From an uncultured Gemmatimonadales bacterium (GTDB taxonomy: Bacteria > Gemmatimonadota > Gemmatimonadetes > Longimicrobiales > Longimicrobiaceae), in contig OY970303.1 of NCBI GenBank assembly GCA_963716255.1, positions 7,648,001-7,712,000 of the forward strand: 64,000 nucleotides of DNA, in the 5' to 3' direction. The notes under the pieces were generated by a model, which was given only the letters and a program-made list of their open reading frames with translations, was not told the origin of the DNA and did no database searches. Shown here in pieces: positions 1-10,900 of this stretch; position 1 is the stretch's first letter; the number at the start of each line of letters is the position of its first letter. The position numbers and the translations under genes are program-made.

Positions 1-1
1 G

Positions 2-3000
2 GTGGAGGAGATCCTGGCGGAGGTCTGGTCCGCGGTGCTGCGGAGGGAGCGGGTGGGGGTCCGCGACAACTTCTTCCAGCTGGGGGGCGACTCCATCCTC
101 ACCATCCAGATCGTGGCGCGCGCCCGGCGCGCCGGGGTCCGGGTCACCCCCCGGCAGCTCTTCGAGCACCCCACCGTCGAGCGGCTGGCCGCCGTGGCGG
201 AGGTGGAGGAGGGGAGCGGGCCGGAGCGGGCGGCGGCGACGGGAGCGGTGGAGCCGACGCCGATCCAGCGGTGGTTCTTCGCGGAGGAGGTCCCGGAGCG
301 GCACCACTGGAACATGTCCATGCTCCTCGCCCCGCGGAGCCGGCTCGGCGCGCGGGTGGCGCGCGAGGCGCTCGGCGCGCTGCTGGGGCACCACGACGCG
401 CTGCGGATGCGCTTCGAGGAGCGGGACGGCGCCTGGACGCAGCGCTACGCGGACGCCGGTGGGGAGGTCCCCTTCGGCCGCGTCGACCTCGCCGGCCTGG
501 AGGGGGAGGCGCGCGGCGCCGCCCTGGAGCGGGCGGCGGCGCGGGCGCAGGCGTCCCTCGACCTCGCGGCCGGCCCGCTGGTGCGCGGCGTCCTCTTCGA
601 CTGCGGGGCCGCGGGGGAGCGGCTGCTCCTGGTGGCCCACCACCTGGTGACCGACGGGGTTTCCTGGCGCGTCATCCTGGAGGACCTGGAGACCGCCTGC
701 GGGCAGCTCGCCTCCGGGGAGCGCGTCGCCCTACCGCCGCGGAGCACCTCCTTCGGGGAGTGGGCCCGGCGCCTCGCGGAGCACGCGGCCGCGCCGGCGC
801 TGCCGGCCGAGGCGGAGTACTGGACCGGGCACGCCGCGGCGGGGGCGCCGGGCCTCCCGGCGGAGCTGGGAGACCGTCCGGGGCGGCTGGCGGAGGAGCG
901 GCGGGTCGCGGTCTCGCTCACCGTGGACGAGACGCGGCGGCTCCTGGAGGAGGTCCCCGCGGCGTACCGGACCCGGATCGACGACGTCCTCCTGACCGCG
1001 CTCGCCCGGGCGCTCGCCTCCCGTACCGGGGAGCGGCGGCTCCGGGTGGAGCTGGAAGGGCACGGGCGCGAGGAGATGTTCGAGGGGGTGGAGCTGTCCC
1101 GCACCGTCGGGTGGTTCACCACCACCTACCCCGTGCTCCTGGAGCTGGGGGACGACCTCTCGCCGGGCGCGGAGCTGAAGCGGGTCAAGGAGACGCTGCG
1201 GAGCGTCCCCGGGCGGGGGATCGGGTTCGGGCTCCTCCGCTGGCTCAGCCCCGTGGAGGAGATCCGCGTGCGGCTCGCGGCCCTCCCGCGTCCGTGGGTC
1301 GGCTTCAACTACCTGGGGCAGTTCGACCAGGCCGTGTCGGACGGGACCTTCTTCACCCCCGCGCCGGAGCCGGCCGGCCCGCAGGCGAGCCCCGGCGCGC
1401 CGCGCGCCCATCCGCTGGAGGTGAACGCCCTGGTGAGCGGCGGGCGGCTGCACGTGGCCTGGAGCTTCGCCGAGGGGCCGGGCCGCGCGGAGGCGGTCGG
1501 GGCCCTCGCCGGGCGCTTCCTGGACGAGCTGCGGGCGCTGGCCGCCCACTGCGCCTCCCCGGAGGCGGGCGGCTGCACCCCGTCCGACTTCCCGCTGGCG
1601 GGGCTGGACCAGGCGGCGCTGGACCGCTGCTTCGGGAGCGACCGTTCGGTGGAGGACGTGTACCCGCTCGCCCCGACGCAGGAGGGGATGCTCTTCCACA
1701 CCCTCTACCGTCCGGGGGACGGGAGCTACGTCGCCCAGTTCGAGCTGGAGCTCGAGGGGGACTTGGACGGAGAAGCGTGGACGGGGGCGTGGGAGCGGGT
1801 CGTGGACCGCCACCCGGCGCTTCGCAGCGGCTTCCTCTGGGAGGGGATCAACGCGCCGGTGCAGGTGGTGCGGCGCGGGGTCGCCCTCCCGGTGCACCGG
1901 GAGGACTGGCGGACGCTCCCGGAGGCCGGGCGCGAGGAGCGGCGGGAAACGTACCTGGCCGAGGACCGGGCGCGGGGGTTCGACCCGGCCCGGCCGCCGC
2001 TGATGCGCCTGGCGCTCTTCCGCACGGGGGAGGCGTCGCACCGGGCGTTCTGGAGCTTCCACCAGATGGTCCTGGACGGGTGGAGCCTCCCGCTGGTCTT
2101 CCGCGACGTTCTCGCCGGCTACGGGGCGCTGGCCGCGGGGCGCGAGCCCGTGTTCGCGCCCGTGCGCCCCTACCGGGACCACGTGGCCTGGCTCCAGCGG
2201 CGCGACCCCGGGGAGGCCGAGCGCTTCTGGCGGGCGACGCTGGCCGGCTTCGACACCCCCACCCCCCTGGGGATCGACCGGGGCCCGGCGGACGGGGAGG
2301 AGGAGGGGCACGACCTCCGCGCCCTCGAGCTCACGGACGAGGAGACCGGGGCGCTGGCGGAGCTGGCGCGGCGGGTCGGGGTGACGGCCAACACCGTGGT
2401 GCAGGGGGCGTGGTCGCTCCTCCTGGCCCGCTACTCGGGGGAGGACGACGTGGTCTTCGGGACCACCGTGTCGGGGCGTCCTCCCGAGCTCCCCGGGGTG
2501 GAGGAGACCGTGGGCCTCTTCATCAACACCCTCCCCGTCCGCGTCCGGGTGCGCGGCTCCGCCACCGTCGCCGCGTGGCTTCAGGAGGTGCAGGCGGGGC
2601 AGCTCGCCGCGCGCGACCACGAGCACACCCCCCTGGTGCAGGCGCAGCGGTGCAGCGGCGTCCCCGCGGGGCGGCCGCTCTTCGAGAGCCTGCTGGTGTT
2701 CGAGAACTACCCGGTGGGCGACGCGCCCGCCGGCGGGGAGTCCCGTCTGCGCGTCCGGGTCCGCGAAGGCCGGGAGCAGGGGAACTATCCGCTCACCGTG
2801 CTGGCGATCCCCGGCGCCCGGCTCCGCTTCCGGGCGCAGTTCGAGCGCGCCCGCTTCCCGGCGGCGGCGGTGGAGCGGATGCTGGACCACCTGCGGATCG
2901 TCCTGGGTGGGATGGCGGCCGCGCCGGAGGCGCCGGTCGCGGCGCTCCCGGTGCTCTCCGCCGCGGAGCGCCGGCGGGTGGTGGAGGAGTGGAACGCCAC

Positions 3001-4927
3001 CGCGCGGAGCTATCCCGGCGGGCTCACGCTGCACGCGCTGGTGGAGGCGCAGGCCGCCCGCACCCCCGGCGCGGTGGCGGTGGTGTCCGGGGAAGAGCGC
3101 ATCTCCTACGCGGAGCTGGACGCGCACTCCGCCCGCCTCGCCGCCCGGCTGCGCCGCGCGGGGGTGGGCCCCGACACGCGGGTGGGGGTGTGCGCGGAGC
3201 GCTCCGTCGAGCTGGTCGTCGGGCTCCTGGCGGTCCTCCGGGCGGGCGGGGCGTACGTCCCGGTGGACCCCTCGTACCCGGGGGAGCGGATCGCCTACAT
3301 GCTGGAGGACTCCGGCGTCCCCGTGGTCCTGACCCAGGAGCGGCTCCTCGCCGCGCTCCCCCCGGCCGCGGCGGAGGTCGTGCTCCTGGACCGTGAGGGG
3401 GACGAGGACGGGTCCCCCGCCGACGCGTCGCTCCCCACCGCGGCGGACCCGGACGGGCTGGCGTACGTGATCTACACCTCCGGCTCCACCGGGCGGCCCA
3501 AGGGGGCGATGAACGCGCACCGGGGGATCGTCAACCGGCTCCTCTGGATGCAGGAGGAGTACGGGCTCGACGCCTCCGACGCCGTGCTCCAGAAGACGCC
3601 CTACGGCTTCGACGTCTCGGTCTGGGAGCTCTTCTGGCCGCTGGTCACCGGCGCCCGGCTGGTGATGGCCCGCCCGGACGGGCACCGGGACCCGGCGTAC
3701 CTCGCGGAGCAGGTGGAGCGCGAAGGGGTCACCACGCTGCACTTCGTTCCCCCCATGCTCGCGGCCTTCCTGGACTCCGGGGAGGCGGCGCGCTGCGGCC
3801 CCTTCCTGCGGAGGGTGGTGTGCAGCGGGGAGGCGCTTCCCCCCGCGCTGGTGGAGCGCTTCCACCGGCTCCTCCCCGGCGTGGAGCTGCACAACCTGTA
3901 CGGACCCACCGAGGCGGCGGTGGACGTGACGTACTGGCCCTGCGCGGGGGCGGAGGGGCGGACGTCGGTCCCCATCGGGCGCCCGGTGGCGAACACCCGC
4001 GTCTACGTCCTGGACGCGTCGCTCGGCCCCGTCCCCGTGGGGGTCCCCGGCGAGCTGTACGTCGGCGGGGTGCAGGTGGGGCGCGGCTACCTGGGCCGCC
4101 CGGAGCTGACCGCGGAGCGCTTCGTCCCCGACCCCTTCGGCGCGCCCCCCGGCGGCGTGCGCCTCTACCGCACGGGCGACCGGGCGCGGTGGACGGAGGA
4201 GGGAGTTCTGGAGTACCTGGGGCGGACCGACTTCCAGGTGAAGGTGCGCGGCTTCCGCATCGAGCCCGGCGAGGTGGAGGCGGCGCTCCGCGTCCTCCCC
4301 GGGGTGCGCGACGCCGTGGTGGTCGCGCGCGGCGACGGGCACGGAGGGAGCCGCCTCGTCGCGTACCTGGCCGGGGACCCCGGCGAGGTGCCCGACGCGG
4401 CCGGGGCGCGCGCCGCGCTGGGCGAGCGGCTCCCCGAGCACATGGTCCCCTCCGCTTTCGTGACGCTGGAGAGGCTCCCCCTCACCCCCAACGGGAAGAC
4501 CGACCGTCGGGCCCTCCCGGAGCCCGAGGCCGGGGCCGCGGCCGCGGAGTACGTCGCGCCGCGCACCCCGCTGGAGGAGACGCTGGCGGCGACCTGGGCG
4601 AAGGTGCTGCGCCTGGAGCGCGTGGGGGTGCACGACGACTTCTTCGCGCTGGGCGGGCACTCCCTCCTGGTGATGCAGGTGTCCTCGCGGGTGCGGCAGG
4701 CGCTGGGGCTCGCGTTCCCTCTACGGCTCCTCTTCGATCACCCCACGGTCGCCGCGCAGGCCGCCGCGCTCGCCCCGCTCGCGCCCTCCGCGGGCGCCGC
4801 CCTGGAGATCGGCGTCGCCTCCGCGGGGGTGGAGGACCGGCTCCTGGAGAACCTCGACCAGCTTTCCGACGCGGAGGTGGAGCTCCTCCTCGCCGACCTC
4901 GCGCGCGACCCGCGATCCACGCCATGA
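2..4927 (+). CDS. NRPS-1 (5'-truncated): T-E-C-A(Ser)-T with acidic C-terminal docking tail
   Basis: T motif GGDSI (E-associated); E motifs HHLVTDGVSW, EGHGRE, RTVGWFT; DCL-like C with FHQMVLDG; A motifs YTSGSTGRPKG, FDVSVWE, NLYGPTE with hand-read code DVWHVSLVDK (Ser-type); T GGHSL; tail LENLDQLSDAEVELLLA. Confidence 0.95.
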   Translation: MEEILAEVWSAVLRRERVGVRDNFFQLGGDSILTIQIVARARRAGVRVTPRQLFEHPTVERLAAVAEVEEGSGPERAAATGAVEPTPIQRWFFAEEVPERHHWNMSMLLAPRSRLGARVAREALGALLGHHDALRMRFEERDGAWTQRYADAGGEVPFGRVDLAGLEGEARGAALERAAARAQASLDLAAGPLVRGVLFDCGAAGERLLLVAHHLVTDGVSWRVILEDLETACGQLASGERVALPPRSTSFGEWARRLAEHAAAPALPAEAEYWTGHAAAGAPGLPAELGDRPGRLAEERRVAVSLTVDETRRLLEEVPAAYRTRIDDVLLTALARALASRTGERRLRVELEGHGREEMFEGVELSRTVGWFTTTYPVLLELGDDLSPGAELKRVKETLRSVPGRGIGFGLLRWLSPVEEIRVRLAALPRPWVGFNYLGQFDQAVSDGTFFTPAPEPAGPQASPGAPRAHPLEVNALVSGGRLHVAWSFAEGPGRAEAVGALAGRFLDELRALAAHCASPEAGGCTPSDFPLAGLDQAALDRCFGSDRSVEDVYPLAPTQEGMLFHTLYRPGDGSYVAQFELELEGDLDGEAWTGAWERVVDRHPALRSGFLWEGINAPVQVVRRGVALPVHREDWRTLPEAGREERRETYLAEDRARGFDPARPPLMRLALFRTGEASHRAFWSFHQMVLDGWSLPLVFRDVLAGYGALAAGREPVFAPVRPYRDHVAWLQRRDPGEAERFWRATLAGFDTPTPLGIDRGPADGEEEGHDLRALELTDEETGALAELARRVGVTANTVVQGAWSLLLARYSGEDDVVFGTTVSGRPPELPGVEETVGLFINTLPVRVRVRGSATVAAWLQEVQAGQLAARDHEHTPLVQAQRCSGVPAGRPLFESLLVFENYPVGDAPAGGESRLRVRVREGREQGNYPLTVLAIPGARLRFRAQFERARFPAAAVERMLDHLRIVLGGMAAAPEAPVAALPVLSAAERRRVVEEWNATARSYPGGLTLHALVEAQAARTPGAVAVVSGEERISYAELDAHSARLAARLRRAGVGPDTRVGVCAERSVELVVGLLAVLRAGGAYVPVDPSYPGERIAYMLEDSGVPVVLTQERLLAALPPAAAEVVLLDREGDEDGSPADASLPTAADPDGLAYVIYTSGSTGRPKGAMNAHRGIVNRLLWMQEEYGLDASDAVLQKTPYGFDVSVWELFWPLVTGARLVMARPDGHRDPAYLAEQVEREGVTTLHFVPPMLAAFLDSGEAARCGPFLRRVVCSGEALPPALVERFHRLLPGVELHNLYGPTEAAVDVTYWPCAGAEGRTSVPIGRPVANTRVYVLDASLGPVPVGVPGELYVGGVQVGRGYLGRPELTAERFVPDPFGAPPGGVRLYRTGDRARWTEEGVLEYLGRTDFQVKVRGFRIEPGEVEAALRVLPGVRDAVVVARGDGHGGSRLVAYLAGDPGEVPDAAGARAALGERLPEHMVPSAFVTLERLPLTPNGKTDRRALPEPEAGAAAAEYVAPRTPLEETLAATWAKVLRLERVGVHDDFFALGGHSLLVMQVSSRVRQALGLAFPLRLLFDHPTVAAQAAALAPLAPSAGAALEIGVASAGVEDRLLENLDQLSDAEVELLLADLARDPRSTP

Positions 4928-7900
4928 ACGACGCGACCGCATCCCTCGACCCGGCTGCCGAGCGGCGCCGCCTCCTCGCGGAGATCCTCCGCAAGCGGGC
5001 CCGCGAGGTCCGCACCTTCCCGCTCTCCTTCGCGCAGCAGCGGCTCTGGTTCCTCGACCGGATGGACCCGGGGAGCTCCGCCTACACCGTGCCCGTCCCG
5101 CTCCACCTGCGGGGGGCGCTCCGCCCCGACCTGCTGGAACGGGCGCTCACGGAGGTGGTGCGGCGGCACGGCTCGCTGCGCACCACCTTCACCACCCTGG
5201 GCACGGAGCCGGTGCAGGTGGTGGCGCCTCCCCCGGCGGCGCTCGCGCTCCCGCTCGCCGACCTCGCCTCCCTCCCGGCGGCGGAGCGCGGGCGCGAGGC
5301 GGGGCGGATCGCGGCGGAGGAGGCGGGCCGCCCCTTCGACCTGGAGGCCGGCCCCCTCTTCCGCGCGCGGCTCCTGAGGCTCGGCGCGGAAGAGCACGTC
5401 CTGGTGCTGGTGATGCACCACGTCGTCACCGACGGCTGGTCGCTGGGGGTCCTCTTCCGGGAGCTGTCCGCGCTCTACGCGGCATCGCTCGCGGGGGCGC
5501 CGCCGCCGCTCCCCCCGCTCCCCCTGCAGTACACCGACTTCGCGGCGTGGCAGCGCGGGGAGGGGAGCGTGGACGCCGGGGGGGACCGGGAGTTCTGGCG
5601 CGCGGCGCTGCGCGGCGCTCCCCCGCTCCTGGAGCTCCCCGCCGACCGTCCCCGTCCCCCGGTGCCCACGCACCGCGGCGCGTCGCTCCCGCTGGCCCTC
5701 GACGCCGCGGATGCCGCGCGCCTGCGGGAGATCGGCCGGGCGGAGGGCGCCACGCTCTTCATGACGCTCCTGGCGGCATTCCAGCTCCTCCTTTCCCGCT
5801 ACGCCGGGGAGGAGGACGTGGTGGTGGGGACCCCGGTCGCGGGGCGCACGCGCCCGGAGCTGGAGGGGTTGATCGGCCTCTTCGTCAACACGCTCGCAGT
5901 GCGCACCGACCTCGCCGGCGACCCCACCTTCCGCGAGCTGCTGGGGCGCGTCCGGGAAAACCTTCTGGGCGCCTACTCGCACCAGGATCTCCCCTTCGAC
6001 CGGCTGGTGGAGGAGCTGGCCCCCGGGCGGAGCCTGAGCCACACCCCCGTCTTCCAGGTGATGTTCGCGGTGCAGGGGGGCGGCTCGGGCGGGATGGGGC
6101 TCGACCTCCCCGGCGTGGAGGCCGCCCTGGTGGAAACGGGAGCGCGCACGGCGCGCTTCGACCTGGAGGTGGAGCTGCGGGACGAGCCCGGCGGAGTGCG
6201 GGGGACGCTGGAGTACGCCGTGGACCTGTTCGGCCGGGGAACCGCGGAGCGGATGGCGGCACACTTCGAGACGCTGCTGCGGGGGATCGCCGCGTCCCCG
6301 GACGCGCGGGTGTCGGAGATCCCGCTCCTGGCCCCGGAGGAGCGCGCGCGGGTCCTGGAGGAGTGGAACGCCACGAGCCGCCCGTACCCGGCCGGCCTGG
6401 CGCTGCACGAGCTCTTCGCGCTGCAGGCGGCGCGGACGCCGTCCGCCACCGCGGTGGACGCCGGGAGCGAATCGCTCGGCTACGCGGAGCTGGACCGCAG
6501 GTCGAACCAGCTCGCGCACTGGCTCGTCCGGCGGGGCGTGGGGGGAGAGAAGCGCGTGGGCCTCTGCCTGGAGCCGTCCCCGCTCGTGATGGTGGCCGTG
6601 CTGGGGGTCCTCAAGGCGGGGGCCGCCTACGTCCCGCTCGACCCCTCCCACCCGCGCGACCGCCTGGCGCTGATCCTGGGCGACGCCGCCGTGCCGCTCC
6701 TCCTCACCCAGGCGCACCTCGCGGCGGGGCTCCCGGAGCACGCCGCGGAGGCCGTGGCGCTGGACGCGGCGTGGGGGCGCATCGCGCGTGAGCCGCACGA
6801 CGCGCCGGGGGTGCCGGTCGCGCCGGAGCGGCTGGCGTACGTCATCTACACCTCGGGGAGCACCGGGAGGCCCAAGGGGGTGTGCGTGGAGCACCGCAAC
6901 GTGGCGAACACTCTCCTCGCCGCCCTCGACGTCTTCGGCTTCGGGCCCGGCGACCGGGTGCCCGCGCTGGCGAGCTACGCCTTCGACATCTGGCTCTTCG
7001 AGGCCGTGGCGCCGCTCCTGGGGGGCGCGGCGGTGAGGCTCCTCCCCCGCGAGCGGGTGGTGAACATGGAGGCGCTGGCGGAAGAGCTGGAGTCCGCGAC
7101 GGTGCTCCACGCCGTCCCGGTGCTGATGCGGCAGCTGGCGCACCACCTGGGGGTCCACCGACGCCGTCCCCTCCCGGGTGTGCGGCTGGCCTTCGTGGGG
7201 GGAGACGCGGTCCCGCCCGACCTGGTGGAGGAGATGCGCGGCGTCTTTCCCGCGGCGGAGGTGCGGGTGCTGTACGGGCCCACGGAGTCGGCGGTCGTGT
7301 GCGCCAGCCACCCCGTCCCGGGCCGCCCCGAGCGCGAGATGATCGGGTCTCCCCTCCCCAACGCGCGCCTCTACGTGCGCGAGCGCGGGGGCGCGCCCGC
7401 TCCGACCGGCGTCCCGGGGGAGCTCCTGGTGGGCGGGGCGGGGGTGGCGCGCGGCTACCTGGGCCGGCCGGAGCCGACCGCCGAAAGGTTCGTCCCGGAC
7501 CCGTACGGCGGAGAATCCGGGGCGCGGCTGTACCGTACGGGGGACCGGGCCCGGTGGCTCCCGGACGGCACCCTGGAGTTCCTGGGGCGCCTGGACCACC
7601 AGGTGAAGGTGCGCGGTTACCGCGTGGAGCCGGGGGAGGTCGAAGCGGCGCTGGAGCGGCTCCCGGAGGTGCGCGAGGCGGTGGTGGTGGCGCGGGCGGA
7701 CGCCCCCGGGGACCGGCGCCTGGTGGCGTACCTGGTCGCCGCGGACGGGGGGCGCGTGCCCTCGCCCTCCGAGCTGCGCGAGCACCTGAAGCGCAGCCTG
7801 CCGGAGCAGATGGTCCCCTCCGCCTTCGTCGCGCTCGAGGCGCTCCCGCTCACCCCCACGGGGAAGGTCGACCGGAGGGCCCTCCCCGCGCCGGAGCGGA

Positions 7901-10900
7901 GCGGACGGGGCGCCGGGTACGTCGCTCCCCGCACCCCCCTGGAGGAGCTGCTCGCGCGGGTCTGGGCCGGGGTCCTGGGGATGGAGCGGGTGGGGGTGGA
8001 GGAAAACTTCTTCGAGATCGGCGGCGACTCCATCCTTTCCATCCAGGTGGTGGCGCGCGCGCGGCAGGCCGGGGTGGCGATCACCCCCCGGCAGGTCTTC
8101 GAGCGGCAGACCGTCGCGGCGCTCGCGCTCGCGGCGGCGCGCGGCACGGACGCGGCGCCCGCCGCCTCCTGGCCGGCGCGGGGCGAGGTCGAGCTCGCCC
8201 CGGTCCAGCACCGGTTCTTCGAGGAGGTGGCCGGGGAGCGGCACCACTTCAACATGGCCATGCTCCTGCGGCCCCGGGAGACCCTGGAGGCCCGGGCACT
8301 GGAGCGGGCGCTCGCCGCCGTGCTGGACCACCACGACGCGCTGCGGATGCGCTTCGAGGAGCGGGACGGCACCTGGACGCAGCGATACGCCGGGCCGGAC
8401 GGCCGCTCGCCGCTCGCGCGCCTGGACCTGTCGCGCCTGCGCGAGGCGGACCGGCGCGGGGCCGCGGGGCGCGCGGCGGCGGCGCTGCAGGCGAGCCTCC
8501 ACCTCGCCCGGGGGCCTCTGCTGCGCGCGGCGCTCTTCGAGCGCGGCGGGGGGGAGCAGCGGCTCCTCCTCCTGGCGCACCACCTGGTGACGGACGGCGT
8601 CTCCTGGCGCATCCTCCTGGAGGACGTGCAGGCCGCCTGCGAGCAGGCGGCGCGCGGGGCGACGGTGGCGCTCCCGGCGAAGACGACCTCGTACCAGCGC
8701 TGGACCGCGAAGCTGGTGGAGCACGCGCGGCGCGGCGGCTTCGACGCCGAGCTCCCGTACTGGGAAGGCCGGGGGCGGGAGCCGGTGGCGCCGCTCCCGG
8801 TGGACCTCCCGGACGGGCGCAACACCCGGAGCTCCGTCCGCCACGTCGCGGTCTCGCTGGACGAGGCGGACACGCGCGCGCTCCTGTTCGAGGCGCCGCG
8901 GGCGTACGGCACGCAGATCAACGACCTCCTCCTCGCCGCGCTGGTCCGCGCCTTCGCCCGCTGGACGGGGGAGCCGCGGCTCCGCGTGGAGCTGGAAGGC
9001 CACGGGCGCGAGGAGGTCTTCCCCGGCGTGGACCTTTCCCGCACCGTCGGGTGGCTCACCGCCGTCCACCCGCTCCTCCTCGACCTGACCGGCGCCGCGG
9101 ACGGGGAGGAAGCGCTCCTCCGGGTGAGGGAGCAGCTGACGCGCCTCCCCGGACGGGGGATCGGCTACGGGGCCCTCCGCTACCTCGCGCCGCCCGGGGT
9201 CCGCGCGGCGCTGGCGGCGCTCCCCGCGCCGCAGGTGAGCTTCAACTACCTGGGCCGCTTCGACCGCGCGGTCTCGGACGACGCCTTCTTCGCCGGGGTC
9301 GCGGAGCCGGTGGGCCCCACGGCCGGGGGGGACGGCGAGCGCCGGCACCTCTTCGAGGTGGACGGCGTCGTGGAGGGGGGGCGGCTCCGGGTGACGTGGA
9401 GCTACGGCGAGGCGCTCCACCGGCGGGAGACCGTGGAGTCGCTCGCCGCGGGCTTCCTGGACGAGCTCCGGGCGCTGGCCGCCCACTGCGCCGCCGCGGG
9501 GGAGCCGCGGGCGGCGCCCGCGGACCCGGCGCCCGGGGCAGGGGAGGGCACCGCCGCCGGGCTTTCCGCGGACGAGCTGGAGATCCTCGCGCTCCTGATG
9601 GCCGAGGCGGGGGTCGAGGCCTCCGCGCCGGAAACGATCCGGCCGCGCCGCCCCGGGGAGCGGGTCCCGCTCACCTTCGCCCAGAAGCGCCTCTGGTTCC
9701 TGGAGCAGCTCGAGCCGGAGAACCGCATCTACAACGACGTGGACACGCTGCGCCTCACCGGCGAGCTGGACGCCGCCGCGATGGGGAGGGCGTTCGAGGA
9801 GGTGGTGCGCCGGCACGAGGCGCTCCGCACCGTGTTCGTCGAGGAGGACGGGGAGCCGGCGCAGGTGGTGCGGGACGAGTTCCCCGCGGCGCTGGACTAC
9901 CTCGACCTGTCCCACCTTCCCGAGACCGGCCGGATGGCCGAGGTCCGCAGGGTCGCGGACGAGACGACGCGCGCGTCCTTCGACCTGGCGCGGGGGCCGC
10001 TGATCCGTCCCCTCCTGCTCCGGCTGGGGGAAAGGGACCATGCCCTCCTCGTCCCGGTGCACCACATCGTCACCGACGGGTGGTCGCAGGGGATCGTGTT
10101 CCGCGAGCTCTTCACCCTGTACGACGCCTTCCGGCAGGGAAGGCCGTCTCCGCTCACGCCGCCCGGGCTCCAGTACGGGGACTTCGCGGTCTGGCAGCAG
10201 CGGTACCTCGCCGCCGGCGCGCTGGAGCGGCAGGCGGCGTACTGGAAGGAGCGGCTGCGGGGGGTGCCCGCCCTCCTGGAGCTTCCCACCGACCGCGCGC
10301 GACCGGCGGAGCAGAGCTACCGCGGCCGTGCATACGAGTTCATGGTCTCGCGGGAGGTCTCGGCGCAGCTCCAGACGCTGGCGCAGGAGCGGGGGGCCAC
10401 CCTCTTCATGGTGCTCCTGGCCGCCTTCAGCGCGCTCCTGGCGCGCTACACGGGGGAGGAGGACGTGGTGGTGGGCTCGCCCATCGCCAACCGGACCCGC
10501 CCCGAGCTGGAGTCGCTGGTCGGGCTCTTCGCCAACACCCTCGCCTTCCGCACGGACACCTCCGGCGATCCCACCTTCCGCGAGCTCCTGGAGCGGGTAC
10601 GGGACGAGGTCTTCGAGGACTACGCCCACCAGGACCTCCCCTTCGAGCGCCTGGTGGAGGAGCTGCGCGTGGAGCGGAGCCTCAGCTACAACCCCGTCTA
10701 CCAGGTGCTGCTCACCCTGCAGAACACCCCGCGCGGGAGGCTGTCGCTGGGGGGACTGGAGATGTACCCGCTGGAAACCACGCACGACACCTCCAAGCTC
10801 GACCTTTCCCTGACGGCGATCCCGCTGGGGGAGGGCCTCTACGCCGGGTGGGAGTACAGCACCGAGCTCTTCGACCGGGCCAGCGTCGCCCGGCTCACCG

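Noticed and set aside
3820..4923. N-terminal extension of the 3039-aa ORF (likewise the extensions of 27092-31366, 14611-16857, 13210-14340, 58252-60309, 59502-61061)
   Set aside because: The extensions overlap the upstream real gene in another frame. True starts are at overlapping stop/start junctions or downstream ATGs.
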